Source: Gemmataceae bacterium (GTDB taxonomy: Bacteria; Planctomycetota; Planctomycetia; Gemmatales; Gemmataceae). From it: DNA of 64,000 bases. Positions 1-12,793 of the stretch are shown piece after piece (the stretch's first letter is position 1; every line of letters begins with the position of its first letter). The position numbers were made by a program, and so were the translations under genes. Below the pieces are notes generated by a model. The model ran no database searches and had not been told where the DNA came from. It saw only the letters and a list, made by a program, of their open reading frames with translations. The stretch covers positions 25,490 through 89,489 of the forward strand of contig JAXMAW010000028.1 in NCBI GenBank assembly GCA_046350195.1, given 5' to 3'.

Positions 1-383
1 GTTTCAGGCCGTGCCCGGCGAGTACATAGACGTAAGCATCTGCTCAGCGTGATCTCATGGATGCTCGAATGATTTGATCGAATTCAAAGCAGCAGCTGGC
101 TGCCATCGTAAACACCTATCAAGCCCTTGGCGGCGGCGACTTGGCTAAGTTTCCCGCAAAGCAGCACCAGGTGACCCGTTAACGCCAACTCTGCCCTCGG
201 CAATCTCGGCAAGGCCATAGGTTATCCGAGGACAAGGCCAAGGGGGCCGCCAAGGACAAGGACCGACCGGATCCCAAACCGGCTCCCGTGCAGGAGTTGC
301 CCGTCCCGCGCCCCCTAGATAAGGCGCCTGATTTACCTCCTTCTAACCGCTTTGAAATACTACCGCCATTGTCCAAGCCGTGA
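1..383 (+). pseudogene. 3' fragment of a TolC/OprM-type outer-membrane efflux protein gene, frame broken; 5' end lies outside the window
   Basis: Frame 2 (nt 2-49) reads FQAVPGEYIDV. Frame 3 (nt 78-179) reads SNSKQQLAAIVNTYQALGGGDLAKF, the ..YxALGGG C-terminal signature of outer-membrane factor proteins. Stops at 27, 33, 75 and 180 interrupt the frames. Frame 3 reopens after TAA 180-182 and runs to TGA 381-383 with a K/D/P-rich tail. Confidence 0.4.
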
Positions 384-631
384 GCCGGCGGTTCTGAGGG
401 TGGGAAGGGGCGCTCGCCTGGTTTTTATTCCCCCCGGGTCTGGACCGGAATTGCCAAGGCGGCTCCGCCCTCTACAAGGGAGTCGGGCCTGCCAATGGCC
501 CGTTGCCGGTTGCCTTGGCCGGCTTGCCCCCGCTTGGGGGCCTGCTGCGCCGGCCCCGGGGCCAATGAGGGGTCTGGTGACGATTTCCTCAGCGCCTTGG
601 CTTGTTGCTGGGTGCGGTTGGCCGCTGGCCC

Positions 632-2119
632 TCATGCCAGCAGCTCGCTGCGGACGCGACCTGTACTGCTGACCGGCATCGGCCGGCCGAGGCGGTCGTG
701 GATTTCCGTGTGCGGGTCGATGCCGAGCAGGTGGTAGAGGGTCGCCAACACGTCCTTCGGCGAGAACGCCGTCTCGGCCACGGTCCCGCCGATGCGGTCG
801 GTGCGGCCGACGACCCGGCCGCGGGCGAAGCCGCCGCCGGCGAACAGCGCCGAGTACGCCCGCGACCAGTGATCGCGGCCGCCGCCCTGGACGTTCTGAA
901 TCCGCGGCGTGCGGCCGTGCTCGCTGAGCACGAGCACGGCGGTGTCGTCGAGCATGCCGCGGGATTCGAGATCGGTCACGAGGCCGGAGAAGGCCGTGTC
1001 GAAGCCCGGCCCGAGTTCCTCGCGCAGGCGCGGGTAGTGGTGGACGTGGGTGTCCCACCCGGTGTTGACCAGGCCGTACTCGTCCCAGAACACGGTGACG
1101 AAGGTGCCGCCGGCCTCCAGCACGCGCCGGGCGGCGAGGCACGACTGGCCGAACAGCGTCATGCCGTAGCGCTCGCGGAGGGAGGCAGGTTCGCGCTGCA
1201 CGTCGAGGGCGGCCCGGAGCTTGCCGGAGGTGAGCACCGACAGGGCCAGCTCCTGGTGACGGTCGAAGGCGTCCTGGCCGGCGAGCCGGTCGGCCCGGCG
1301 GGCGCGGAGTTCGAGTTGGCGGGCCAGTGATAGGCGCCGGTCGAGCCGGTCGAGCGCGAGCCCCTCGCCGCCGGCGGACAGCTCGAAGCGGTCGGTGGGC
1401 CGGATGCCGAGGTACGGGTCGGCAATCCTGCGCGGGGCGATGCCGGGGGTATTGGCGTCGCGCTCGACGCGGCGGGTGCCCCGGGCCTGGAACTCCGACC
1501 AGACGGGGTCGTAGGCCGGCCCGAGGAAGCCGCCGACCGGCCCCGACCGGGCCGGGCCGCGCTTGGAGCCGAACGGGAACGGAAGGCCGAAGTTGCGCGG
1601 CACGACCGGCACGCCGCCGCCGTTCTTCTCGGCGAGGTAGTCCACGACGCTGCCGACGTAGGGCCAGTGGCGGCTGTCGCGCGCCCGGGATTCCAGGGGG
1701 ATGTCGGTGGTGGGCGTGCCAGTCGTGGCGAAGGCGACGCCATGGATGGGGTACGGGTGCGTCAGCGAGCGCAGCACGCACAGCCGGTCGAGCAGGCGGG
1801 CGGTGCGCGGCAGGACCTCGCCGAGGCGGACGCCGGGGAGGGCCGAGGCGACGGAGCCGAGTTCGCCGCGCACCTCGACGGGGGCGTCGGGCTTGGGGTC
1901 GAGCGTTTCCAGCTGGCTGGGCGAGCCCCACAGGCAGAGGAGGATGCAGCGCTTGGCCTGGCCGAAGCCGGCCGCCGGCGGAGTAGGGGGGGTGGCGGCG
2001 CGGGCGGCGAGCCAGCCGGGCAGCGTCAGGCCGAGCGGGGCGAGGGCGCCGAGGTGCAGCAGGTCGCGGCGCGTCAGGCCGTCGCAGAACTGTTTGCGGG
2101 AGCCAAGGATTCGGAGCAT
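632..2119 (-). CDS. DUF1501 domain protein (sulfatase-fold, Tat signal)
   Basis: ORF 632..2569. I place the start at ATG 2119 (MLRILGSRKQFCDGLTRRDLLHLGALAPLG, an RR signal). Family motifs present: CILLCLWGSPSQLETLDPKPDAP, SLTHPYPIHG, EHGRTPRI..GGRDHW. Confidence 0.9.
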   Translation of the reverse strand: MLRILGSRKQFCDGLTRRDLLHLGALAPLGLTLPGWLAARAATPPTPPAAGFGQAKRCILLCLWGSPSQLETLDPKPDAPVEVRGELGSVASALPGVRLGEVLPRTARLLDRLCVLRSLTHPYPIHGVAFATTGTPTTDIPLESRARDSRHWPYVGSVVDYLAEKNGGGVPVVPRNFGLPFPFGSKRGPARSGPVGGFLGPAYDPVWSEFQARGTRRVERDANTPGIAPRRIADPYLGIRPTDRFELSAGGEGLALDRLDRRLSLARQLELRARRADRLAGQDAFDRHQELALSVLTSGKLRAALDVQREPASLRERYGMTLFGQSCLAARRVLEAGGTFVTVFWDEYGLVNTGWDTHVHHYPRLREELGPGFDTAFSGLVTDLESRGMLDDTAVLVLSEHGRTPRIQNVQGGGRDHWSRAYSALFAGGGFARGRVVGRTDRIGGTVAETAFSPKDVLATLYHLLGIDPHTEIHDRLGRPMPVSSTGRVRSELLA

Positions 2120-2351
2120 CGGGGCTCCTGCGGGGAATGTGAGAGGCGAGCCGGCGGGTGGTGCATACCAGTTTACCCGAGCGGGGCCTCGGGTCAACAC
2201 CGAGCGATCACGGCGAGGTGCGGCGGTGCGGCTGGGGTGTGCCCTGAAAAAGTAGGTGGGAAAACGAGGCCGGAATAGTAGGGTGAGAGTGGCCCAGGGA
2301 AATGCTCGCGCGTGCCCACCACCCTCTTGTCCTAACGCCAGGAAGGTTCCC

Positions 2352-3784
2352 ATGTTGCAGCCGACTCCTTCTCCGACTTCTCCGACTTCTCCGACCTCGG
2401 AAGGGCGTGAGGGGCGCCGCCAACGGATCCTCCAGGGCCTCAAGGACGACCCGTTGCTGAGCGTCTCGCCGACGGTTCGGTGGACCTGCCCGATGGCAAG
2501 GTGTTCGGCCTCGATCGAGCACACCCTGCGCGACCTCAGCCACGACCCGGGCGGCCAAGCGTTCACCAAGCCGGCATCGAGGCCGGCAAAAAAGGGCTAC
2601 CGCGGCCTCCAGCGTCGTCTGCTCGCACTGCCGCCTGACGCCTGGTTCGTCAGCTACCGCGAGAAGACCTGGCTGACCACCACCGGGGAGGTGACGGTCG
2701 CCTCGCCGCCTACTACCACTGCAAGCACCGCCACCGGGGCCACTGCCCGCTTGACCAGGAACTCCCGGCCTGCGCGGCGATCACCCCCAGCAGCGGGCTG
2801 CGGCCGCTGGTCTGCCTGGCCGGCACCCTCGGGTCGTTCGCGACGGCTCCGACGACCTGCTGGAGGCGGTTCTGCGGCCTACACCGCCCTGCCGGCGTGC
2901 TCCGCCTGGCCACCGAGCAGGCCGGCGAGAGCCTGCTCCACCGGCAAAAGGGGGGCCAAATCGCCGCCCTGGCTTCGCCGGTGAAGTGGGACTTCACCCT
3001 GAAGGCCACCGCCACACCGCGGCGTTCCTCGGCTGGACGCCTTCGCGGTGCCGATCCAGGGGCCGGCGGCAAGAAGGCCGACCACCGCATGCTCTACACG
3101 GCCACGCTGTACACCCCCGACAAGACCCAGACGCACTACCTGGTCGATTTCGACCTGGACCCTGTGCGCGGCCGCCCAGATGCGCGAGGCGCCGGCGCGC
3201 CGGGGCTGGGGAAGGCGAATCAGCTGGTCGCGATCTGATGGTGGCAACGGGCTGGAGGAGGTGATCCACCGGCACTTCGACGACGACCTGTTGTGCATCC
3301 TGGACTGGTATCACGCCGGGCACCTGTTCGACTACGCCGCGCGCTGCACCCGCGCGACGCCCAGGCCCAGGCTTGCTGGGCCGCCGAGGCGAAGGGGGTG
3401 CTGTACGACAAGGGCGGCACGGCGCTGCTGGCTCACCTGGACAGCCAGCCGATCCCGGCGGAGCCGCTGGTGGCCGAGGAGTGGCGGAAGCTGATCGGGT
3501 ACTTCAAGAACAACGAGCACCGGACGGATTACCCGACGTACCGAAGCCATGGCTATGACATAGGCAGCGGGCCGACGGAGGCCGGCTGCAAAATCGTCGG
3601 GGCGCGGCTGAAGGGCAGCGGCATGCGCTGGCTGGAGGTAGGGGCGGCACAGGTAGCCCCTCTCCGCGCCCTGTATGAGTCCGGCGCGGCCGCCTGGGAT
3701 GCTTCGCCCTGGCGTTATGACCTTTACCTACTTGGTCAGTACACCCGTGCGGCTGTCCTGGTAGGTATTGTTTCTCACCGATAA
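2352..3784 (+). mobile_element. ISKra4-like IS transposase gene, frame broken several times; IS ends not identified
   Basis: Pieces lie in three frames: RRYYHCKHRHRGHCPLDQEL-type zinc-finger region (2256..2984 and neighbouring frame), SDGGNGLEEVIHRHFDDDLLCILDWYHAGHLFDYA (3048..3494), and FKNNEHRTDYPTYRSHGYDIGSGPTEAGCKIVGARLKGSGMRWLEVGAAQVAPLRAL (3293..3784). GGAAGG lies 6 nt before ATG 2352. G+C drops at the 3' end. Confidence 0.7.
2369..2395 (+). repeat. three perfect tandem copies of the 9-mer TTCTCCGAC
   Basis: Read directly. Encodes PTSPTSPTS in the transposase N-terminal region. Confidence 0.9.
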
Positions 3785-3824
3785 ACGGGACGCTGTGGGA
3801 TTACTTGACAGCGAAACCCGAGAT

Positions 3825-6800
3825 TCACCTCGGCACCGGGTACACGCCCGACAGCCGGTCGTGCGGCCCGCGGTTGGGCCAGACGATCGCCACGAAGATG
3901 TACGCCCCGACCAGCCCCAGCGCCGCCCACCACAGGTGCCAGGCCAGCCAGCCGGCGAAGCGCACCTCGTCCACCCCCCAGCCGTCCCGCGACGACGACA
4001 CCCGCCACACGTCCAGGTACAGCGCCGCCAGCAACAGCAGCGTCACCGGCAGCCACACCATCAGCGTCCGCCAGGCGCACCGCCACCGGGCCGCCGGCCG
4101 GCCGTCCGCCCCGACCAGCGCGATCCCCGCCAGCCGCGGCGCCAGCCCGCCCCGCATCGCGAACGACCACGCCGCCCAGAAGGCCGGCCAGAAGAGCATC
4201 ATCGCCGGCAGCGTCCAGTCGCCCAGCCACTCGCCGACCAGGCCGGCCGGCCCGGCCGTCAGGTCGTCCGCCTTGGCCAGGAAGTAGTCCAGCCCCTCGC
4301 CCTCGTCGTCCTCCACCCCGACGTAGCTCGCCAGCCGATCGCCACCCCGGCGGAAGCGTTCCTCGAAGCCCTCAGCCGGTTGACGACGAACCAGCTCCAC
4401 GACGCCAGCACCACCTCGCGGTCGTGGGTCAGCTGCCCCAGCTCGCGATCGACCCGCGCCAGCTCCTCGCGGTACTCCCGGGCCAGGTCGGGCGTGGCCG
4501 CCTCGTCGGTCTCCGCCAGGCACGCCTCCGCCTGGTCGCGGGCGAACTCGCCCGTCGCCGCCCCCAGCACGCAGACGATGTAGGCGATCAGCATCACCAC
4601 CGGCCCCAGGCCGAACAGGCACAGCATGCCCGGCGTCATCCCGGCGAACATCAGCCCGACTTGCAGGCCGCGCCCCGGCCGGCTGATCTCCTCCGGCAGC
4701 TCGTGCGCCTTCGCCAGCTCCTCGCGCGCCTGCGCCAGGCTCACGAACGGCTCCTCGGCCCCCGACGAGCCCATCAGCCGCCCCATCAGCGCCGAGGCGT
4801 GCCAGGGGATCGGCGCCCGGATCGGCCGGTCTCGCTCGCCGTGCGGCCGCGGCTGGCCCTCCAGGGCCACCGCCGCCGCCTGCCGCAGAAGGTTCATCGG
4901 CGTCCGCACCAGCGCCGGCTCCCGAGCCGGGCGTCCAGCAGCATCACCCGCCCCGACGCCTGCACCCACACCTGCTCCGGGCTTAAGCGTTCCGGCAAGG
5001 TGCCTTCCTGCTCCGCCTCCTCCAACTCCGCCGCCAGCTGCTCCAGCACCGACAGCGCGTCTCGCCAGCCGAGTCGGTGCCGCTTCGGCACCGTGTCGGC
5101 TACAAGCACGCCGCCGGTCGCCGCCACGAAGGCGTCCCACTGCCAGCCGTCCTGCTCGCCGCCGGCCAGCCAGCCGCGGCCGGGCGTCGCGCGCCACCCC
5201 GCGGCGGGCCGCCGTCACCCGGCCGCCCGCGCCGCAGCCACAGCCACACCGGGCGGTGCGTGCGCTGCCGCGTCCTCGCCGTGCAAGCACCATCTCGTCG
5301 GGCGTCCGCAGGGGCCGTGCCGCCAGCAGAACGTCGTAACTGCCGACCCGCTCCGGCACCCCGTCGGGCAGGGCGGCCTTCGCCGGCCAGCCCGCCTTCG
5401 CCCGAGATCGGAACGGCGGCCTTCGCCTCGGTAGGCGGATCACCCGCGTGCCGACAGCAGCTCGTGCAGGCCCAGGTAGCCGCTGCGCCGCCGCATCGTC
5501 GAGGCCAGCACCGCCAGCCCGACGCCGTACGACAGGTACGGCAGTGCCGCCACCAGCAGCACGCTGGCGACGACCCGCATGGTCACGCTGACGTCGCGCT
5601 CCTCGACCAGCCAGCCGCCCACCTGCCCGCCGATCGCCATCAGTACGCTGCCGGCCAGGACGCCGGCGTCCAGCACGAGGTAGAACAGGAACGTCCGCCA
5701 CAGGCTGCCCGCGGCAGCGACGGCCGGTCGCCCCGTCCGCAGCGCGTCCCGACCCGCAGGCGGCGGCGTACTTGCCCGGCGAGCAGCCGACCAGCCACTC
5801 CGGCAGCCCGAAGTACACCACCCCGCAGACCAGCCCCAGCAGCGGCGACAGCAGCGGCCAGACCCGCGCCTGGCTCGCCGGCGCCAGCACCGCCACCAGC
5901 TTCCCCAGCGCCAACCCCAGCGGTAAAATCAGCAGCAGGTCGAGCAGGAACGCCGTCACCCGCCAGCCGACCTCCGGCACGACGGCCGGCCCGCCGAGGA
6001 ACGGCAGCAGGGCCAGCCGCAGCTCCTCCAGGTCCTGCCAGCGCGCCCGCCGCGACTTGGCCAGGCCGCGCAGCACCACCTCGTCGAGGGTGCGTGGCAC
6101 GTCCTTGCGGTACTTGCGCATCGACGGCGGCGGGTCCGACACCGCCCGGGCCAGCGCCGCCGTCGGGTCGTCGTCCTGGAACGGCGCGCGGCCCGTCAGC
6201 AGGTAGTACAGCGTCGCGCAGACGGAGTAGACGTCGGTCTGCGGATCGACCGGCTCGTTGCGGATCTGCTCCGGCGAGGCGAACAGCACCGTGCCCAGGA
6301 ACGACCCCGACCGCGTCAACTGCTCCGGCCCGACCAGCGACTTGGCCAGCCCGAAGTCGCCGACTTTCACCCGGCCGTCCTCGTCGAGGAAGCAGTTGGA
6401 CGGCTTGACGTCGCGGTGGACCACGCCCAGCCGGTGGGCCTCCTGTAGCCCCTCGACGACGTCGAGAATCTTCGTCACCGCCTCCTCGACCGGCAGCGGC
6501 CCCCTCTCGGCGACCAGGTCGCCGAGGTTCTTGCCGGGCATCAGCTCCATGACGATGTAGGGCTGCCCGGCCTCCTCGTCGGCGGCCAGCACGAAGACGC
6601 AGCGCGGGTGGAACAGCGCGGACGCCAGCCGGCCCTCGCGGCGGAAGCGCTCGACGGCGTCGTGCGAGTCGGCGAACTCCGGGCGGATCAGCTTCAGGGC
6701 GACCCGGCGGGCGGTGACCTCCTCCTCCGCCTCGAACACCGTCCCCATGCCGCCCCCGCCGAGCGTGCGCAGCAGCCGGTAGCGGCCGACCGCCTCCGGG

Positions 6801-7012
6801 TGCCGCCCGAGGCGGCGGGGCGCCCCGTAGGCGAGGGTCGCTTGCGGGTCGGCCGGCGCCTTCCCGCCCGGGAGCGTGGTCGCCTCCGACGGCCGCCGCG
6901 GCGGCAGCGTCTGGACCTCCGACCCCAGCGGCGAGCCGCAGTGGGAGCAGAACCGCGGCGCCACCCGCGAGAACTCCAGCGCCGTGCCGCACTGTGGGCA
7001 GTCGAGCCGCAT
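3825..7012 (-). pseudogene. Ser/Thr protein kinase with N-terminal zinc ribbon and two RDD-type membrane modules; at least 5 frame changes (possibly assembly indels)
   Basis: The first ~400 aa are in one frame: CPQCGTALEF..CSHCG, GGGGMGTVFEA, VALK, HRDVKPSN, DFGLAK, SPEQ, then WRVTAFLLDLLLILPLGL..GLPEWLVGCSPGKY. The continuation is found in ORF 5440..5676 (..YLGLHELLS), then GTRVIRLP back in the main frame, ORF 4894..5127, and ORF 3825..4622 (second RDD-like module ending GPHDRLSGVYPVPR). Confidence 0.8.
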
Positions 7013-7019
7013 AGTTTCC

Positions 7020-7110
7020 CAGTAGTCAGTAGCCAGTAGCCAGTAGAAAGCAGCAGAGCCGGCAGTGAGTCTCTTCCTACTGACTACTGACTACTGGCTA
7101 CTGACTACTT
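7020..7110. repeat. long hexamer-periodic hairpin between the 104-aa ORF and the kinase start
   Basis: Left arm CAGTAGTCAGTAGCCAGTAGCCAGTAG (7020-7046). Right arm CTACTGACTACTGGCTACTGACTACT (7085-7110). 19 bp pair perfectly, then 6 of 7 pair. The loop is about 38 nt. The right arm also encodes the last codons (EVVSSQ*) of the 104-aa ORF. Confidence 0.85.
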
Positions 7111-7405
7111 CTATCCGGCTGTGGTCGTCCAGCGTCACGCTGGACAGCTCGCCGTTGTCCTTGGCGAAGTGGACGGTGACGACGACGATGTCGTCCTCCG
7201 GCACCCGGTCGGTGGCCAGCCCCGTGGCCAGGTAGTTCACGCCGCGGAACGTGCCCTCGACGGTCGTGTCCCAGCCCCAGCGGCTGTTCATCCGTACCCG
7301 CTGGGTGATTCGGATGCGCTGGCCCGGCCTTAGCGACTTTACGACCGAGGCCAGCCGCGGGCGGACCGGTCGCGTCGAGGAGGGCAGGGTGTCCGGCTGG
7401 CTCAT
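7091..7405 (-). CDS. hypothetical protein, 104 aa, translationally coupled to ilvN
   Basis: Intact ORF. Its ATG (7405) overlaps the ilvN stop in an ATGA arrangement. I recognise no motif. Confidence 0.6.
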   Translation of the reverse strand: MSQPDTLPSSTRPVRPRLASVVKSLRPGQRIRITQRVRMNSRWGWDTTVEGTFRGVNYLATGLATDRVPEDDIVVVTVHFAKDNGELSSVTLDDHSRIEVVSSQ

Positions 7406-7899
7406 GACTGCTTCTCCGCCCCGCGAGCGCCGCGCACCAGGGCGATCCGCCCCGACCGCGCCAGCTCGACGATCCCGTACGGCCGCATCAGCTCGATGTA
7501 CGCCTCGATCTTGTCCTCCCGCCCGGACATCTCGATGATCATCGTGTCGATGCCGATGTCCACCACCCGGCCGCGGAACATCTCGACCAGCAGGCTGATC
7601 TCGACGCGCTGCAGCGCGGTCGCCTTGACCTTCAACAGCATCAGGTCGCGCTCGACGTAGTCCTCGCTGGAGATGTCGTGGACCCGGACGACGGTGACTA
7701 CCTTGTCCAGCTGCTTGCGCACCTGGTCGAGCACGCCGTCGTCGCCCTTGACGACGAACGTCATCCGCGACAGGTTGGCGTCCTCGGTCTCGCCGACCGC
7801 GAGGCTGTCGATGTTGAAGCCCCGCGAGGCCAGCATGCCCGAGATGTGGGCCAGCACCCCCGGCTGGTTCTGCACAAGCGCCGACAGGACGTGTCGCAT
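7402..7899 (-). CDS. ilvN: acetolactate synthase small (regulatory) subunit
   Basis: MRHVLSALVQNQPGVLAHISGMLASRGFNIDSLAVGETED..MTFVVKGDD..QVRKQLDKVVTVVRV is an ACT domain plus the ALS small-subunit C-terminal domain. Start ATG 7899 is preceded by GGGGGAG. Confidence 0.9.
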   Translation of the reverse strand: MRHVLSALVQNQPGVLAHISGMLASRGFNIDSLAVGETEDANLSRMTFVVKGDDGVLDQVRKQLDKVVTVVRVHDISSEDYVERDLMLLKVKATALQRVEISLLVEMFRGRVVDIGIDTMIIEMSGREDKIEAYIELMRPYGIVELARSGRIALVRGARGAEKQS

Positions 7900-7981
7900 T
7901 CCGCTTTTCTCCCCCACCGCGTCATAAGATACCGTGATGATAGGAGAACCGTGACGTCCCGGCGACACCCCCGGAGCGCCC

Positions 7982-9663
<1,682 letters not shown>

Positions 9664-9667
<4 letters not shown>

Positions 9668-10089
9668 CCCGGCCGATCCTCGTCATCGAGGACAACGAGC
9701 AGAACCTCTACCTGATGCGCTACCTGCTCGAGAGCGACGGGTTCGAGGTGGCCGAGGCCCGGGACGGCCGGGCCGGGATCGCCCTGGCCGGCCGGATCGA
9801 CCCGCTGGCGATCGTCCTGGACATCCAGCTGCCGGCGCTGGACGGCTACGCCGTCACCGGCGAGCTGCGTCGCAACCAGGACCTGGACGGCGTGCCGATC
9901 ATCGCCGTCACCTCCTACGCCATGGTCGGCGACCGCGAGCGCTGCCTCGCCGCCGGCGCCACCGGCTACCTGGAGAAGCCGATCGACCCCGACACGTTCG
10001 TCGCGCAGATCAAGGCGTACCTGCCCGGCGAGCCGACCGGCCTCCGCGGCGAGGGGGTGGAGCATGTCGAACATCCTGATCGTCGATGA
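9664..10089 (+). CDS. single-domain response regulator (CheY-like receiver)
   Basis: MTRPILVIEDNEQNLYLMRYLLE..VLDIQLPALDGY..PIIAVTSYAM..GYLEKPID. The ATG overlaps the kinase stop (ATGA). Confidence 0.9.
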
Positions 10090-11630
10090 CGACGACCAGA
10101 ACCTCTACCTACTTGAGGCGCTGCTGGCCGGCCACGGCCACCAGGTCGTGCGGGCGCGGAACGGGGTCGAGGCACTGGCGGTGGCCCGGCGGTCGCCCCC
10201 CGATTTGGCGGTCTCCGACATCCTGATGCCAAAGATGGACGGCTTCACCCTCTGCCGGGAGTGGAAGCGCGACGACCGGCTCAGCCGTGTGCCGCTGATC
10301 TTCTACACCGCCACGTACACCGACCCCAAGGACGAGCAGCTGGCGTTGAGCCTGGGGGCGGACCTGTTCGTCGTCAAGCCCCAGGAGCCCGACGCCCTGG
10401 TGGAGATCATCCAGGGGGTGCTGGAGGGGGGGCAGGGGAGCCCACCCGCAGCCGCCGCGGACGGCCGAAGAGGTGCAGCAAGGGAGTACAACGAGGCGGC
10501 ACCCGATCCGCAAGCTGGAGGCGAAGCTGGTCGAGCTGGAGGTCGCGGCGGGCGGCGGCGGCCAGCGAGGCGCATTCCAGGCGTTCATGGACCACTGCCC
10601 GGCGGCCTTCGTCGAGGACGCCGCGGGGCATACGTCTACGCCAACCGCGGCCTGGGAGGGCCAGTTCTCCCCGCCGCGGACCGACTGGATGGGCCGGACC
10701 GACTTCGACGTGTTCCCCGGCGAGACGGCCCGGCTGACCGGGAAAGCGACCGGGAGTGCCTGGAGGCGGGCCGGTCGGTGCGCGTTCAGGAGACCGCCTC
10801 GGGGGCCGGCGGCGAGGCGCGGCACTGGCTGACGATCAAGTTCCCGCTGCCGGCCGCCCCGGGCGAGCGGTCGGGCCGGCTGGGCGGCATGGTGCTCGAC
10901 GTCACCGGGCAGGCCCGGCTGGAGCAGCAGCTTCGCCAGGCGCAGAAGATGGACGCGATCGGCCGCATGGCCGGCGGCGTCTCCCACGACTTCAACAACC
11001 TGCTCACGGTCATCGGCGCCCACGCCGACCTGCTCCTGGCGAGGCCGGACCTGGGCGACCTGGCCCGCGACCACGTCGGGCTGATCGGCCAGGCCTGCGG
11101 CACAGGGGGCGCCTGGCGACGGCTGCTCCTGGTCAGCCGGACGTCTGGCGTCACCCCGGCCCGGGTGCGGCTGGACCAGGCCGTCCGAGGCCATGGGGCC
11201 GATGCTGCGCAGCGCCCTGTCCCGCGACATCGACCTGGTCGTCACCACGGCGGCGGAGGGCGCCTGGGTGAGCCTGGGGTCGGGCCAGGTCGAGCAGGTG
11301 CTCCTCAACTTGACGCTGAACGCGCGCGACGCCTTGCCCGGCGGCGGGCGGCTGACGATCGAGACGGCGGCCGAGGGCGAGCAGGTGCGGCTGGTGGTCG
11401 GCGACACCGGCACCGGCATGACGGCGAGACGTGATGTCGCACCTGTTCGAGCCGTTCTTCACCACCAAGGGGCCCGGCCGGGGCACCGGGCGCAGGGTTG
11501 GCGGTCCGTTTACGGCATCGTCACCCAGGCCGGCGGGCAGGTCGCCGTCGCCAGCGAGCCGGGCGGCGCTCGTTCACGATCTACCTGCCAGCCGCGAGTC
11601 CGCCTCGCCGAGGGCCGGGCCGGTCCCTAG
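10064..11630 (+). pseudogene. hybrid receiver-PAS-histidine kinase, several frame changes; 3' end uncertain
   Basis: REC domain (MSNILIVDDDDQNLYLLEALL..DILMPKMDGF..VVKP). PAS pieces lie in ORF 10473..10832 (AFQAFMDHCPAAFVED, WEGQFSPPRTDWMGRTDFDVFPGETARL) and the 10064 frame (ECLEAGRSVRVQETASGAGGEARHWLTIKFPL). H-box GGVSHDFNNLLTVI. HATPase pieces: QVLLNLTLNARDA, VGDTGTGM (11193..11630), [15 protein letters not shown] (11431..), [18 protein letters not shown]. Confidence 0.7.
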
Positions 11631-11674
11631 AATGCCCGGGTGCTTCCTCTCCGCCAGGGGCCCGATTCGCAGCC

Positions 11675-12628
11675 GTGACGAACTCGCAGATCACCCACGC
11701 CGCCCGGCTCGACCGCCTCCGCGACGCCGTCGCCGGGGTGCTCCTGGGGAAACCCGAGGGCATCCAGCTGGCGCTGGTCGCCCTGCTCGCCGACGGGCAC
11801 CTGCTCATCGAGGACGTGCCGGGCATCGGCAAGACCCTGCTGGCCAAGGCGGCTGGCCCGCAGCCTCGGCTGCACGTTCCACCGCATTCAGTTCACGCCT
11901 GACCTCTTGCCGTCGGACCTGCTGGGCACGAGCGTGTTCCACCAGGCGTCGGGGGAGTTCGTCTTCCAGCCCGGCCCGCTGTTCGCCCAGGTGGTGCTGG
12001 CCGACGAGATCAACCGCAGCACCCCGCGCACCCAGTCGGCCCTGCTGGAGGCGATGAGCGACCGCCAGGTGTCGCTCGACGGGCAGACCCGCCCGCTGGG
12101 ACCGCCGTTCTTCGTCGTCGCCACGCAGAACCCGTACGAGTTCGAGGGCACCTACCCACTGCCCGAGAGTCGAACTCGACCGCTTCCTGGTCCGGGTGCG
12201 GCTGGGCTACCCCGACCGGAAGGCGGAGCGGCTCATCCTCGACGGCCACCGCGACGGCGAGCCGGTGGACAAGCTGACCCCGGTGCTGTCCGGCGACGAG
12301 GTGGCGGCGTTGCAACAGCGTGCGGCGGGTGGCCGTCGAGGCCAGCCTGGCGGACTACCTGCTGGACATCGTCGAGGCGACCCGCATGCACGCGGACATT
12401 CAACTCGGCACGGCAGCACCCGCGCGCGACGGGGCTGCTGCGGGCCAGCCAGGCGCTGGCCTTCCTGGAAGGCCGCGACTACGTCGTTCTCGACGACGTC
12501 AAGCGGCTAGCCCGACCGGTGCTTTGGCTTGCGCCGCCTGTTGGTGCGGCGGCCGGGCCACGTAGGCCGACGCCGCCAGGCAGGCTCGTCCCGAGGAGGT
12601 CGTCCGCCAGACGCCGGTACCGGGGTGA
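11675..12628 (+). pseudogene. MoxR-type AAA+ ATPase, about 5 frame changes and one in-frame TAG
   Basis: [17 protein letters not shown] (Walker A), [110 protein letters not shown]-terminal [11 protein letters not shown]. These are spread over ORFs 11498..11902, 11907..12698, 12196..12510 and 12320..12565. GTG 11675 is the proposed start. Confidence 0.8.
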
Positions 12629-12793
12629 CTGTCCCCACCCTCGCCCCGTCCCCATCGCTCCCATCCGTAGCTTCATGGGGGCCCGGTCGCCTGGCTGACG
12701 GGGCCAGGAATGTGACCCGTCTTCGTCACAGCTCTCCGCCCCAGCCGTACCTGGAAACGAGAAGCACTGCCTAGCAAGTTCTCGCCCCCGGGG

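Noticed and set aside
2120-3830. Terminal inverted repeats or a target-site duplication for the ISKra4-like element.
   Set aside because: Only a trivial 6-7-nt similarity (GGTGAGA, GTAGGT) exists between the flanks, so no convincing repeat pair was found. The element boundaries are left undefined.
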